A DNA stretch of 64,000 nucleotides, from contig OY970178.1 of assembly GCA_963707915.1 (NCBI GenBank), positions 1,472,001 to 1,536,000 on the forward strand, given 5' to 3'. Positions 1 to 9,708 of the stretch are shown piece after piece. A program made the position numbers and the translations under genes. The notes under the pieces were generated by a model that saw only the letters and a list, made by a program, of their open reading frames with translations, was not told the DNA's origin and did not search any database. Within the stretch, counting starts at the first letter, position 1. Each line of letters begins with the position of its first letter. Source of the DNA: Candidatus Eiseniibacteriota bacterium. Its GTDB lineage: Bacteria > Eisenbacteria > RBG-16-71-46.

Positions 1-1112
1 GCGAACGCCAGCGCCTCCTTGGCCTCGGGCGGCACGCCCAGCACGGCGAGCGGCTGCAGGCTCACGCCGGCGATGCGCCGCTCGAGCGCGCGCATCAGCG
101 TGCGGTTGCGCACCCCGCCCCCGCTCACGTAGACCGCGTCCGGCCGGCCGCGCGGCACGATGAAGCCCTGCAGGCCCGCGGCCACCGAGGCCGCGGTCAG
201 CTCCACGGCGGTGGCCAGCACGTCCTCCTCGGAGAGCCCGAGCGAGCGCCCCAGGTCGAGCAGTTGGACCGCGTAGCCGTCGCCGAAGTGCTCGCGCCCG
301 GTCGAGCGCGGCGGGGGCAGCGCGAAGAACGGGTCCTCGAGCAGTTCGGCCAGCAGCGCCTCGTTCACGCGGCCCCGCGCGGCCACCGCCCCGTCGGGGT
401 CGTGCGTCTCGCGCCCGCCGCTGCGCAGCGACATCAGCGCGTCGAGCACCGCGTTGCCCGGCCCGGTGTCGAAGGCCAGCACGTCGGACAGGCTCCCGCC
501 GCGGGCCAGCCAGGTCACGTTGGCCATGCCGCCCAGGTTGAGCAGCGCGCGCGCCTCGTCCGGCGAGCGGAAGAGCCACCAGTCGGCCAGCGGCACGAGC
601 GGCGCGCCCTCGCCGCCCGCGGCGGTGTCGCGGGTGCGGAAGTCCGAGACCACGGTCAGGCCGCTGTGCTCGGCGAGCAGCGCGGCCGATCCCAGCTGGA
701 GCGTGAGCGCCTGCCCGTCGCCGCGGTGGCGCGGGATGTGGCGCACGGTCTGACCGTGCGAGCCCACGGCGTCGATGCGGCCGCGGTCGACCCGGGCCCC
801 GGCCAGCAGTTCCAGCACGGCGGCCGCGAAGCACTCGCCGAGCGCGGCATCGAGGCGCATCAGGCGCTCGGGCGCCAGTTCCGCGGCGGCCGCGACCTCC
901 AGCACCTCGCGCCGCAGGGCGGGCTCGAACGGGGTCTCGCGGTAGGCCACGATCTCGTGCCGCGCCTCGAGTCCCAGTCCGCTGAAGCGCACCAACACGG
1001 CGTCCACGGCGTCGGCCGAGGTGCCGGTCATGAGGCCGACGATCAGGTGCTCCTCGCGCGCGGTGTAGCCGCGCACCGAGGCGAGCGCATCATGCCTGGA
1101 CGACAGGCCCAT
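1..1112 (-). CDS. anmK: Anhydro-N-acetylmuramic acid kinase (3' end runs off the window)
   Basis: Manual translation MGLSSRHDAL...IVGLMTGTSADAVD, GGEGAPL, DTGPGN, ending AKEALAF at the edge; GGGGAG SD upstream; same operon as murQ. Confidence 0.93.
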   Translation of the reverse strand, partial: MGLSSRHDALASVRGYTAREEHLIVGLMTGTSADAVDAVLVRFSGLGLEARHEIVAYRETPFEPALRREVLEVAAAAELAPERLMRLDAALGECFAAAVLELLAGARVDRGRIDAVGSHGQTVRHIPRHRGDGQALTLQLGSAALLAEHSGLTVVSDFRTRDTAAGGEGAPLVPLADWWLFRSPDEARALLNLGGMANVTWLARGGSLSDVLAFDTGPGNAVLDALMSLRSGGRETHDPDGAVAARGRVNEALLAELLEDPFFALPPPRSTGREHFGDGYAVQLLDLGRSLGLSEEDVLATAVELTAASVAAGLQGFIVPRGRPDAVYVSGGGVRNRTLMRALERRIAGVSLQPLAVLGVPPEAKEALAF

Positions 1113-1189
1113 CGTTCCACTCCCCATCGAGGTCCGGCCCGGCCGGCGGCCGGGGATCGCGAGCCCCGGCCGGCGGAGACGGGCGCGGA

Positions 1190-2428
1190 TCACCGCTTCG
1201 TCACCAGCTTCTCCAGCTTCGCCTGTGCGTCCGCCACCGCCCGGGCGGCGCTCTTGCGGTCGTAGAGCGCCTGCTCCACCTCGTCCTCGATGACCGCCTC
1301 CATCCTGCCCCAGGCCGGGTGAGCGGGCGCGAAGCGCACGCTCCCCAGCTGCCGCGCCATCACCTGCTCCTGCGGGCGTCGTTCGAAGCAGGCGCTGGTG
1401 TCGGTGCCCGCGGTGGCGGGCTGGACGCTCTTCACCGCCTTCGCGAGCCGCAGGAGGTTCTCCGGCTGGACCAGGAAGCGCGCCAGCTCCAGCGCCACCT
1501 GCTTGTGCTTCGAGTCGTTGAAGGAGACCAGCACCTCGCCGCCGGCCCACGAGGAGTCCGTGCCCCGCCCGGCTGCGGGCCTGGGCATCAGGGCCACGCC
1601 GTAGCGCAGGCCGGGAGCCTCGCGCGGGATCCGCTCGAACATCCAGGGCCCCGTGAGTTCGAGCCCCAGGCGGCCTTCCGTGAACTCGCGGTCGAGGGAC
1701 TCCTGTCGCCCCATCGTGCCCACGCGGCGCAGGCTCAGGAGGAACTCGAGCGCCTTCACGTTCGCGACCGAGTCGAAGACGGCGCGCCGCCCGTCGTCGG
1801 AGAGGATGCTCCCGCGGTTGGCGAACAGGAACGGCAGCACCTCCTTCGCGAGCACCCCGCGCTCGCCGGCCGGGACCCCGTAGCCGTGCACTCCGCCGCC
1901 GAGCCGCTGGATGGCCGCGGCCGCACGCCGCAGCTCGTCCCAGGTCGCGGGCGGGCGGGTCGAGTCGAGCCGGGCGCGCGCGAAGAGCGTCTTGTTGTAG
2001 AAGAGCGCGCGCGTCTCGAGCGTCCACGGCACCCCGTAGGTCACCTCGCCCACCGAGCAGAGCTCCCAGCCGCGCAGTCGCGGCCGCAGATCGGCCACGC
2101 CGGCGCTCCAGTCCGCCAGCCGGCTGCCCGCGAGCAGCCCCGGCAGCCACGCCGAGCCGACCTGGCACAGGTCGGGCGCCGTTCCCGAGGCCAGGGCGGA
2201 GAGGATGCGCTCCTCGCCGCTCTGGAGCGTGAGTTGCTCGGTGCGGACCTTGAGGCCGGGATGGGTGCGCTCGAAGTCCGCGACGATCGGGGCCACGACC
2301 CGGGCGGGCCAGGACTGCCAGAAGACGATCTCCTGCACCTCCGGCGGCTTCCTCGCCGGCGTGCAGGAGAGGACGGCCAGCAGTCCGGCGGCGAGCGCGA
2401 AGCGGGGCCACGCGGTCCTGCGCGTCAC
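1190..2428 (-). CDS. Sugar-type ABC transporter solute-binding lipoprotein
   Basis: GTG overlaps the murQ stop; lipobox-like LAVLSC; motifs APDL, LFYNKTLF, PPATWDEL, GGEVL. Confidence 0.85.
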   Translation of the reverse strand: MTRRTAWPRFALAAGLLAVLSCTPARKPPEVQEIVFWQSWPARVVAPIVADFERTHPGLKVRTEQLTLQSGEERILSALASGTAPDLCQVGSAWLPGLLAGSRLADWSAGVADLRPRLRGWELCSVGEVTYGVPWTLETRALFYNKTLFARARLDSTRPPATWDELRRAAAAIQRLGGGVHGYGVPAGERGVLAKEVLPFLFANRGSILSDDGRRAVFDSVANVKALEFLLSLRRVGTMGRQESLDREFTEGRLGLELTGPWMFERIPREAPGLRYGVALMPRPAAGRGTDSSWAGGEVLVSFNDSKHKQVALELARFLVQPENLLRLAKAVKSVQPATAGTDTSACFERRPQEQVMARQLGSVRFAPAHPAWGRMEAVIEDEVEQALYDRKSAARAVADAQAKLEKLVTKR

Positions 2429-3345
2429 GGCGTCCCTCCCAGCGCGGCCCGGACGAACCCGCCCGCGTCCGCGAGCCGGGCCTCGGCCTCGGCGCGGGGG
2501 CAGTCCAGCTTCAGCATCACGATGGCGGTCTTCACGCTCCCGCCCGCCGCCTCGATGGCGCGGGCCGCCCGCTCGCGATCGACGCCCGTCACGGTCATGA
2601 CCGTGCGCCGGCCGCGCTCCACCAGCTTCTCGCTGGTGGCCATCAGGTCCACCATCATGTTCTCGTAGGCCTTGCCCAGGCGCACGAAGGCGGCGGTCGT
2701 GATCATGTTGAGCACCAGTTTCTGGGCCGTGCCCGACTTCATCCGGGTGGAACCCATCAGCACCTCGGGGCCGACCTCGGGGCAGATGGCCACGTCCACC
2801 TCCAGCGCGAACTCCGGGCGCGGCGTGCAGGTGACGAGGCCCGTGCGCGCCCCGAGCCGGCGGGCCTGCGCGAGGGCCGCGAGCACGAAGGGAGTGCGGC
2901 GGCTCGCGGCCAGGCCGATCACCGTGTCCTTCGGCCCCACCCCGCACTTGAGCATCGCCTGGCCGCCCTCGTCCACGCGGTCCTCGGCGCCCTCGACCGC
3001 GCGGACCAGCGCGCCGTAGCCGCCGGCGATCACGCCCTGCACCAGCTCCGGGTCGCAGCCGAACGTGGGCGGACACTCCGAGGCGTCGAGCACCCCCAGC
3101 CGCCCGCTCGTGCCGGCGCCGACGTAGAACAGTCGCCCGCCCGCGCGGAACGAGGCCACGACCAGCTCGACCGCCCGCGCGATGTGGGGGATCTCCTTCG
3201 CCACCGCCCCGGGCACGGTGCGGTCCTCGGCCGAGATGCGCGCGAGGATGCCCGCGACGTCAAGGGTGTCGAGGTCGAGGGTGCGTGGATTGCGCTGCTC
3301 GGTGGCGAGGCGGGCGAACTCCTCGAAGCGGGAATCGTCTTCCAT
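2425..3345 (-). CDS. murQ: N-acetylmuramic acid 6-phosphate etherase
   Basis: TEQRNP, GAGTSGRLGVLDASECPPTFG, GSTRMKSGTAQKLVLNMIT; SD GGGGAG before ATG at 3345. Confidence 0.96.
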   Translation of the reverse strand: MEDDSRFEEFARLATEQRNPRTLDLDTLDVAGILARISAEDRTVPGAVAKEIPHIARAVELVVASFRAGGRLFYVGAGTSGRLGVLDASECPPTFGCDPELVQGVIAGGYGALVRAVEGAEDRVDEGGQAMLKCGVGPKDTVIGLAASRRTPFVLAALAQARRLGARTGLVTCTPRPEFALEVDVAICPEVGPEVLMGSTRMKSGTAQKLVLNMITTAAFVRLGKAYENMMVDLMATSEKLVERGRRTVMTVTGVDRERAARAIEAAGGSVKTAIVMLKLDCPRAEAEARLADAGGFVRAALGGTP

Positions 3346-3384
3346 GCGCTCCCCCGGGGCGGAAGGTCGTCCGTGGACGGATGC

Positions 3385-3413
3385 AGGATGCACGCTGCCG
3401 AAACGCCACGCAA
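3385..3413 (-). promoter_or_regulatory. Candidate sigma-70 promoter of the murQ operon
   Basis: TTGCGT-N17-CATCCT about 40 nt upstream of murQ. Confidence 0.35.
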
Positions 3414-3643
3414 ACAGGTACGGTGTGGGGCCGCCACCCCCGTCGCGGACTCGCAGTGTGCCTGGAGACCGCACCCCTGCGGATGCGGATGGCAACTGCC
3501 AAGTCCAGCGGAGCTATCGCAGGGCCAAGCAGGGCAGATGGTTGCTGGCCAGGCAAAGGTAGCGCGGGACCCATGAGAGTAACGGGTCACGACCGCTCTG
3601 AAGGCCAGGGCGACCAACGCCGTCCCTCGATCCCAAACACCGA

Positions 3644-3672
3644 GCGGCCACCCCCACAGTGGAGGTGGCCGC
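3644..3672 (-). terminator. Hairpin / probable terminator
   Basis: Minus-strand stem GCGGCCACCTCCA/TGGGGGTGGCCGC (one G-U pair), 35 nt after the stop at 3708. Confidence 0.5.
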
Positions 3673-3707
3673 CCTGAAGCAGACGGCTTGAGGAGTGCCG
3701 TTCGAAG

Positions 3708-5149
3708 TTACTGAAGCACCGCGACCCGCGTCACTCGCGTGTTCGCACCCTGCGTTAGACGCACCAGGTAGAGTCCTGGTGGCAGGCGACGACCCGCAGC
3801 CAGGTCCATGGTGTGGCGGCCAGCGCCCACTTCGCGTGAGCATCCGCCGGCCACCCACGTCCAGCAACTGCAGTGCCGGTGCCTGCCGCCGGCAGTGAGA
3901 AGCGCACCCTCAACCGTCGCCGCGTGACGGATTCGGGCGCACGGGCGAGCGCGAACGCGAGGGGAGCGCCGGGCACCGCGTCGTCGACGGCGGTCGGCAC
4001 CGCCTGCGGGATGAACGACCACTGCAGGTTGTCGAGCAGGACGGTCGAGTCCCAACCGTGGTCGCCGACGTCGAACAGGAAGAACTCCAGCGTGATGACC
4101 TCGCCGGGGACCACCGGGGCCTGGGCCGCCAGCCAGCTGGTGGCCGCGTCGCCGGCCGGGTCGAAGCCCGTTCCCTGAAGTCTGGCCGATCCCAGCGGAC
4201 ACGGCTGGTACTGCTGCGGGGTGCAGATGTCATACCAGGTCGTCCCCACGGTTATCGGTCGGAAGAGGGCATCGAACGTGATGTTCCGGTCGACCGGTAT
4301 GCCCGCGGCGTTCGTGGTCAGCAGCGCCAGGAAATGGTCGTTGTACGCCGTGCAGACATCCGGGAATTGCGAGGTCAGGAAGGCGTAGTTCAAGCCGATC
4401 GCGTTGGCGTTGGTGGGCACGCGCACGCGCAGCCGCAGCAGCACGCCGTCGAAAACGGGCGTGTTGCCGGGGATCACGGGACACCCCGAGTAGCCACCAA
4501 TCAACCGGCCACCGTGCGCGGCGACGAAGGCGGCCGGCGGCAGCGAACTGTTCGTGGCGTCCTCGAAGCCCGGTGCCGGGGGAATGTAGCCGGGTTCACC
4601 TGTGGCGCGCGCGGTGCCGGTGGACAGGACCGCCATCGTCGCGTTGCCCTGAGGCAGAATGCCGCCCGTGCCGAATTGGGTGTTGACCGCGACCTGGACC
4701 TGGGCAGGCGCCGCGCCGTCCGTTTCCGAACGCCGAAGTTCGGCCGACACCACACCCCAACCACGTTGCGCCAACGGCGGATTCTCGACGGTGTTCCGGC
4801 ACAGGTCCATCGCCCGGACCAGTGCGATTCCGTCCACCCCTGAAAACTGCGACCCGGTGCTGCAGTCGTCGGCCACGGGATCGTCGATGATGCCGTTGCA
4901 GTCGTCGTCGATGCCGTTGCCGGGAATCTCGAAGGCGCCCGGATTCACCAGTTCCGGCGAGGTGACCAACCCGCTTGGGACATCGTAGAGGTCGCCGTCG
5001 GCAACGCTCCAGCCGTCGCCGTCGAGGTCCTGGGCGGCAACGGGAGTCGCCGCGGAAGCGAGCAGGGCCGCGAGGCAGGCGATAGCCACCATGGCGGTGA
5101 GCGAACACGCCGGGATCGCGAAACGCGGCAAGGGATGAGAAGCGCCCAT
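3708..5149 (-). pseudogene. Secreted choice-of-anchor-L-like protein with an acidic metal-binding motif; C-terminal sorting domain frameshifted
   Basis: Signal peptide (…ATPVAA-Q); DLDGDG…NPGAFEIPGNGIDDDCNG; PGEVITLEFFLFDVGDHGWDSTVLLD; CTD pieces (VRPNPSRGD / LRVRFSLP / LQLLDVGGRR / REVGAGRHT…LPPGLYLVRL…RVAVLQ) lie in three frames; main ORF stops at 3755. Confidence 0.65.
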
Positions 5150-5510
5150 GGTGGGCTCCGATCGTCGTGGGAGACGAGCCCTGATCGGGCCCGTGAACAC
5201 GCCGGTCAACATCGCCAGGGACCGCACCCGGACCGGCGTACGGTCACGATGGTGGTGTGTCGCCTGAGTGTAGTCCAATCCGTTCGCCCCATCGCATGGT
5301 ACCTATGGACCGTCGCCGACGTGTACTGGTGGAGACTCTGACGCCTCGCTGAAAGCCGAACGCCGTCCGCCATGAACATGGCATCCAGCACCGGGGAGGA
5401 CCGGCAGCAACACGGACGTCCGGGCGGGCCGCTGCTGCTCTGGCGGGCCCTGGTCAGCCCGTAGCGCTTCGCCTTGCGCCCGCCGCCTCCCGCCCCCTAG
5501 CCTGCCCCCC

Positions 5511-6395
5511 ATGCCCGAGCTGCCCGAGGTCGAGACCGTGCGGCGCATGCTGGACGAGAGCGTGCGCGGGCGCACGATCCGCTCGGTCACGCTCTCGGGC
5601 CTGAAGCTGCGCGAGCCCGTCCCGACCACCCTGCCGCGGCGGCTGCGCGGACGCACCATCGAGCGCGTCGGGCGCACCGCGAAGTTCCTGCTCATCGGGC
5701 TCGACGGCGACCTCACGCTCCTCTCCCACCTCGGCATGAGCGGGCGCTGGCTGGTCCTGCGCCCGGGCGAGCGCCCGGCGCTCGAGCACGTCCATGCCCG
5801 CATCCGCTTCACCGACGGCACGGGGCTCTGGTTCCAGGACGCGCGGCGCTTCGGGCTGCTGCGTCTCGTCCCCACGCCGGACATCGGCAGCGACCCGGCG
5901 CTCGCGCGGCTGGGCCCCGATCCGGTGGCCGCGCCGCCGACCGGCGCCGGGCTCAGAGCCGTGGCCCGGGGTTCCCGCGTGGCGGTGAAGACCTTCCTCA
6001 TGGACCAGCGGCGCATCGCCGGCCTCGGCAACATCTACGCGAGCGAGGTCCTGCACCGGGCGGGGGTGGATCCGCGGCGCAGCGCCGGCGGACTCGGGGG
6101 ACCCGAGTGGGACGCGATCGCGGCCGGGATCCGGACCGTGCTGGCCGAGGCGATCGAGGGGATGGGCACGACCTTCAGCACCTACCGGTCGGTCTGGGGC
6201 GAGCCGGGACAGTACGGCGAATCGCTCCGCGTCTACGACCGCGCGAACCAGCCATGCCGCCGGTGCGGCACCCCCATCCGGCGCATCGTGCAGGGGCAAC
6301 GCTCCACCTTCTACTGCCCCTCCTGTCAGGGGGGCCGGGCCGGGCCCCCGGGGCCCCGGCCGGGGCGGGTCCGCACCCCCCGCAAGCCCCGCTGA
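5511..6395 (+). CDS. mutM: Formamidopyrimidine-DNA glycosylase
   Basis: MPELPEVET, HLGMSG, GLGNIYASE, C-terminal CRRC…CPSCQ zinc finger. Confidence 0.96.
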   Translation: MPELPEVETVRRMLDESVRGRTIRSVTLSGLKLREPVPTTLPRRLRGRTIERVGRTAKFLLIGLDGDLTLLSHLGMSGRWLVLRPGERPALEHVHARIRFTDGTGLWFQDARRFGLLRLVPTPDIGSDPALARLGPDPVAAPPTGAGLRAVARGSRVAVKTFLMDQRRIAGLGNIYASEVLHRAGVDPRRSAGGLGGPEWDAIAAGIRTVLAEAIEGMGTTFSTYRSVWGEPGQYGESLRVYDRANQPCRRCGTPIRRIVQGQRSTFYCPSCQGGRAGPPGPRPGRVRTPRKPR

Positions 6396-6448
6396 ACCGG
6401 CGCCCGGCAAGTCTTTTCACGTTCCTGTCCTTCGGCCAGCGAAATCCA

Positions 6449-6477
6449 TTGCCCCAGGGGGCGCTGGCGCCTAATCT
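6449..6477 (+). promoter_or_regulatory. Candidate sigma-70 promoter
   Basis: TTGCCC-N17-TAATCT upstream of the helicase gene. Confidence 0.4.
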
Positions 6478-6569
6478 GTGCCACGTTGACACATCTACTG
6501 AGCCGGCGGGAGACGCCCGGCATCGATTCGACCGCTCGAGGCGGTCCAGACCATCCCAACGGAGGGTTC

Positions 6570-8144
6570 GTGACCTTCGCATCGCTGGGGCTGCCCCAGA
6601 CCATCCTCAAGGGCATCCGGGCCGCAGGCCTGAGCGAACCGACCGCCATCCAGAGCAAGGCCATCCCGACCATCCTGCAGGGCAATGACCTCATCGGCGT
6701 GGCCCCCAGCGGGTCCGGCAAGACCGGCACCTACCTGATCCCGATCCTGGCCCGCCTGATCGATTCCTCTCCCCGGCTGCGCTGCCTCATCCTGGTCCCG
6801 ACCCGGGAGCTGGCGGCCTACGTCGAGACCCGCTGCCGCGACTACGCCCGCTACACCAGCGTCCAGGTCGGCGTGGTCTTCAGCGGCGGCCCCCTGCCGA
6901 CCCAGGAGCGGGTCCTGCGGCACCAGGAGGTGGACATCCTGGTGGCGACCCCGACCCGGCTGCTCGAGCTGCAGGACCGCAAGGCGGTCAACTTCGAGTA
7001 CCTCGAGGTGCTGGTGCTGGAGGAGGCCGACCGCATGGTGAGCATGGGCATGGGCCCCGAGCTGCGCCGGCTGCTGAAGCTGCTGCCCGAGACGCGCCAG
7101 ACCCTGATGTTCACGATGAGCCTGCCGCCCGAGCTGAATCGCCTCGCCAAGGAGGCGCTCATCGAACCGGTGCGCGTGGACCTCGCCCCCGGGCCGCGCC
7201 CGGGCACGGGGATCCGCCAGGTCATCTACCCGGTGCCGCGCGAGCTCAAGCCCGACTTCCTCAACCACATGCTCGCCGAGGGGGAGTTGTGGGGCGGCAG
7301 CGAGGTGCGCAGCCTGGTGCTGTTCACGCGCGGTCGCTATGGGGCCGACCGCCTGGCGCGCATGCTCCACCGTCGCAACTACGTGGCCGCGGTGCTGGAC
7401 GACTTCCCGAGCCAGCAGGAGCGCGAGCAGGCGCTCGAGGACCTGCGCCGCGGGCGCACGCAGATCCTGGTGGCCAGCGACGGCGCGGGCCGCAGCCTCG
7501 ATCTCTCGGGCGTGTCGCACGTCGTGAACTACGACGTGCCCCAGACGCCCGAGGACTACGCCCACCGGCTGGGCCGGCCGGGCCGTCCCGACGCGCCCGG
7601 CAACATGTTCACGCTCATGGGCACGGAGGAGCAGAAGGACCTGGTCGGCATCGAGCGCCTGCTGGGCCGCACGATCGAGCGCTCGTTCCTGCCGGCGTTC
7701 GACTACGGCATGCGCCCGAGCGAGATCAAGCAGGTGCTCTCCTACGACGACGAGTGGTCGTGGCCCAAGCGCCCGGCGAGCGGTGTCCAGTCGGCCGCGG
7801 CGCGCATCGCCGCGGGCCCCCCGGTGCGCGTCCCGGCGCCCCCGGCGCCGTCCATCCCGCAGCGTTCCGTGCTGATGTCGGCCCCGGCGCCGCCGCTGCG
7901 CACGCTCGCTCCCTCCCCGCCGAAGAAGCCGGCCGCCACACCCGGGAGGCCCTGGCTCTCGCCTCCCAAGCCGAGCCCCTCGTCCCACGCGAAGCAGGCG
8001 GCGGGCACGAAGCGCCCGCTCTCCGGGGCCGCAAAGAAGAGCGCCGCAGCGAAGAAGGCGGGCGCGGCGGCGCAGCAGCGCGGCAAGCCGGCCGCGCGCC
8101 CGGCGAAGAAGCTGGCGCACCCGGTCCAGAAGCGGAAGAGGTAG
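6570..8144 (+). CDS. DEAD-box RNA helicase-like protein with degenerate motifs and a basic P/A/K-rich tail
   Basis: GGAGG SD + GTG; Q motif PTAIQ, GSGKT, PTRELA; variant motifs EEAD, TMS, HRLGRPGR. Confidence 0.88.
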   Translation: MTFASLGLPQTILKGIRAAGLSEPTAIQSKAIPTILQGNDLIGVAPSGSGKTGTYLIPILARLIDSSPRLRCLILVPTRELAAYVETRCRDYARYTSVQVGVVFSGGPLPTQERVLRHQEVDILVATPTRLLELQDRKAVNFEYLEVLVLEEADRMVSMGMGPELRRLLKLLPETRQTLMFTMSLPPELNRLAKEALIEPVRVDLAPGPRPGTGIRQVIYPVPRELKPDFLNHMLAEGELWGGSEVRSLVLFTRGRYGADRLARMLHRRNYVAAVLDDFPSQQEREQALEDLRRGRTQILVASDGAGRSLDLSGVSHVVNYDVPQTPEDYAHRLGRPGRPDAPGNMFTLMGTEEQKDLVGIERLLGRTIERSFLPAFDYGMRPSEIKQVLSYDDEWSWPKRPASGVQSAAARIAAGPPVRVPAPPAPSIPQRSVLMSAPAPPLRTLAPSPPKKPAATPGRPWLSPPKPSPSSHAKQAAGTKRPLSGAAKKSAAAKKAGAAAQQRGKPAARPAKKLAHPVQKRKR

Positions 8145-8160
8145 CAGCGGGACTGCAGGA

Positions 8161-8210
8161 CGAGATGGCCGCGGCCGCCGGAAGGCCATCCGGCGGCCGC
8201 GGCCATTTCG
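8161..8210. terminator. Bidirectional terminator-like hairpin between convergent genes
   Basis: Perfect 18-bp stem ATGGCCGCGGCCGCCGGA (8165-8182 / 8189-8206) with a 6-nt loop. Confidence 0.7.
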
Positions 8211-8235
8211 TCCTCCGGGCGTCGCCCCCCGGCCG

Positions 8236-9708
8236 CTATCTCGGCCCCAGCAGCTCCCATCCGGCGATGCCCGGATTGGCGACCGTCTCCCAGCGCGATG
8301 CGGCCACGTCGAAGACGTGCAGCGTCGCCGGGGGCTTCGGGCCGGGCTCGAAGGCCAGCAAGTACGAGCCTCCGGGGGCGGCCACGAGCGTTCCGCCCTT
8401 GACGCGCGGCATGTCGAGCACCAGCAGCTTCCCGGTCGCGAAGTCGGCACGCGCGAGCCCCGGAGGAGCCCCCCGCAGGGCTGCCGTCTGGACCAGCACC
8501 TCCCCCAGCGCCGTCTCGAACAGGGCAGCGGGATCGAGCCCGCCAAGGGCGACGCGCCGCGGCGAGTCCCCGAGGGGATCCCACAGCAGGAGACTGTCGC
8601 CAGCCACGAATCCCACGCGGCGGCTCCGGGCCGCAGGCAGCGCCGCGCGGATCGGGTCGGCCGTGCGCAGGATCGTGGAATCGGCCCCGCCGTCCTCGGG
8701 TCTCCGGACCACCTGCCCGCCGGCGGCCCAGACCAGCGCCCGGTGGACATCGTCATAGCCCAGCCACACCACGTCGTCCCGCGATCGCACTTCCACCGTG
8801 GGGTTCGGATCGTGGGTCCGGATCGCGCGGATGGTCGGGCCGACCGCCCACCAGACCGTGCCGGGGCTGACCGCGCGCCGCCGGGCGGCCGAGAGGTCCC
8901 CGGCGTCGAAGACGCGCCAGCGGCCGGGCATCGGGTAGAGCAGGTACCGGCCGGGCGTGGCCGCGCGGCCTTCGAGCAGGTCGCCGGGTCCACGACCCTG
9001 TGCGGTGAGGCTGGGAACGCCTTCCTCCATGGGCGTGTGCACGTCGGACAGGCGCCGTCCCGTCTGCGGCAGGTACTCGAGGCGGTCGCGCAGCACGAGC
9101 GCGTTCACCAGGTAGATCGGCGCCGGCTCCAGGGATTCGAGCCCCACGGCGAACGCCTTGCTCACGACGAAGCCCTCGCCACTGTCGGCCGGCACCGCGG
9201 CGATGCCGTCGTCGTAGCCGAAGACCAGCGCGCGGTCGTCCGGGGTCCACTGGAGCGTGTTCGACGCGACGCGCCTCATGAGTGCGTTGGGCTGGACGAG
9301 CCTACCGCCCCGCGAGCCCTGGTCCTCGGTCGAGGGGACCCCCGCCTCCGAGTGGGGCTGTCCGTAGCGCTGGGCCTCGAACGCGAAGTAGCGCATGCGC
9401 AACTCACCGCCCCCCGGTCCGTCGACCCACAGTCGCGTGGTGTCCCGATCGTACGCCCGCGTCAGCCAGGCCACCCGCCGCCCGTCGGCGCTCACGCGGA
9501 CGCGCACGAGGCGCTGGCCATCCGCCGGGCGCCAGAGGGTCTCGGGCGCGGCGAGGCTGAAGGGCGCCCGCAGCAACGTGCCGTCCGCGCCGAGGAAGAC
9601 CACGGTGTCGGGAACGGCCGAGAACACCTCGCTCCAGGTGGCCGCCCGGGTGGGCGACCCCAGCGCCAGCGCCGCGCAGATGGCGAGCGCCACCGTCCGG
9701 TACTTCAC
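8236..9708 (-). CDS. Secreted hypothetical protein, possibly a beta-propeller
   Basis: GTG overlaps the upstream stop; signal peptide (…SPTRA-A); TolB-like segments SADGRRVAW, WTPDDRALVF. Confidence 0.7.
   Translation of the reverse strand: MKYRTVALAICAALALGSPTRAATWSEVFSAVPDTVVFLGADGTLLRAPFSLAAPETLWRPADGQRLVRVRVSADGRRVAWLTRAYDRDTTRLWVDGPGGGELRMRYFAFEAQRYGQPHSEAGVPSTEDQGSRGGRLVQPNALMRRVASNTLQWTPDDRALVFGYDDGIAAVPADSGEGFVVSKAFAVGLESLEPAPIYLVNALVLRDRLEYLPQTGRRLSDVHTPMEEGVPSLTAQGRGPGDLLEGRAATPGRYLLYPMPGRWRVFDAGDLSAARRRAVSPGTVWWAVGPTIRAIRTHDPNPTVEVRSRDDVVWLGYDDVHRALVWAAGGQVVRRPEDGGADSTILRTADPIRAALPAARSRRVGFVAGDSLLLWDPLGDSPRRVALGGLDPAALFETALGEVLVQTAALRGAPPGLARADFATGKLLVLDMPRVKGGTLVAAPGGSYLLAFEPGPKPPATLHVFDVAASRWETVANPGIAGWELLGPR

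Noticed and set aside
3420..3640. Possible ncRNA or riboswitch upstream of murQ
   Set aside because: Only short hairpins and no recognisable family; needs a covariance-model search
5294..5308. CGCATGGTACCTATG, a 13/15 match to the hairpin-element core
   Set aside because: No flanking GCGAGC or long stem; may be chance
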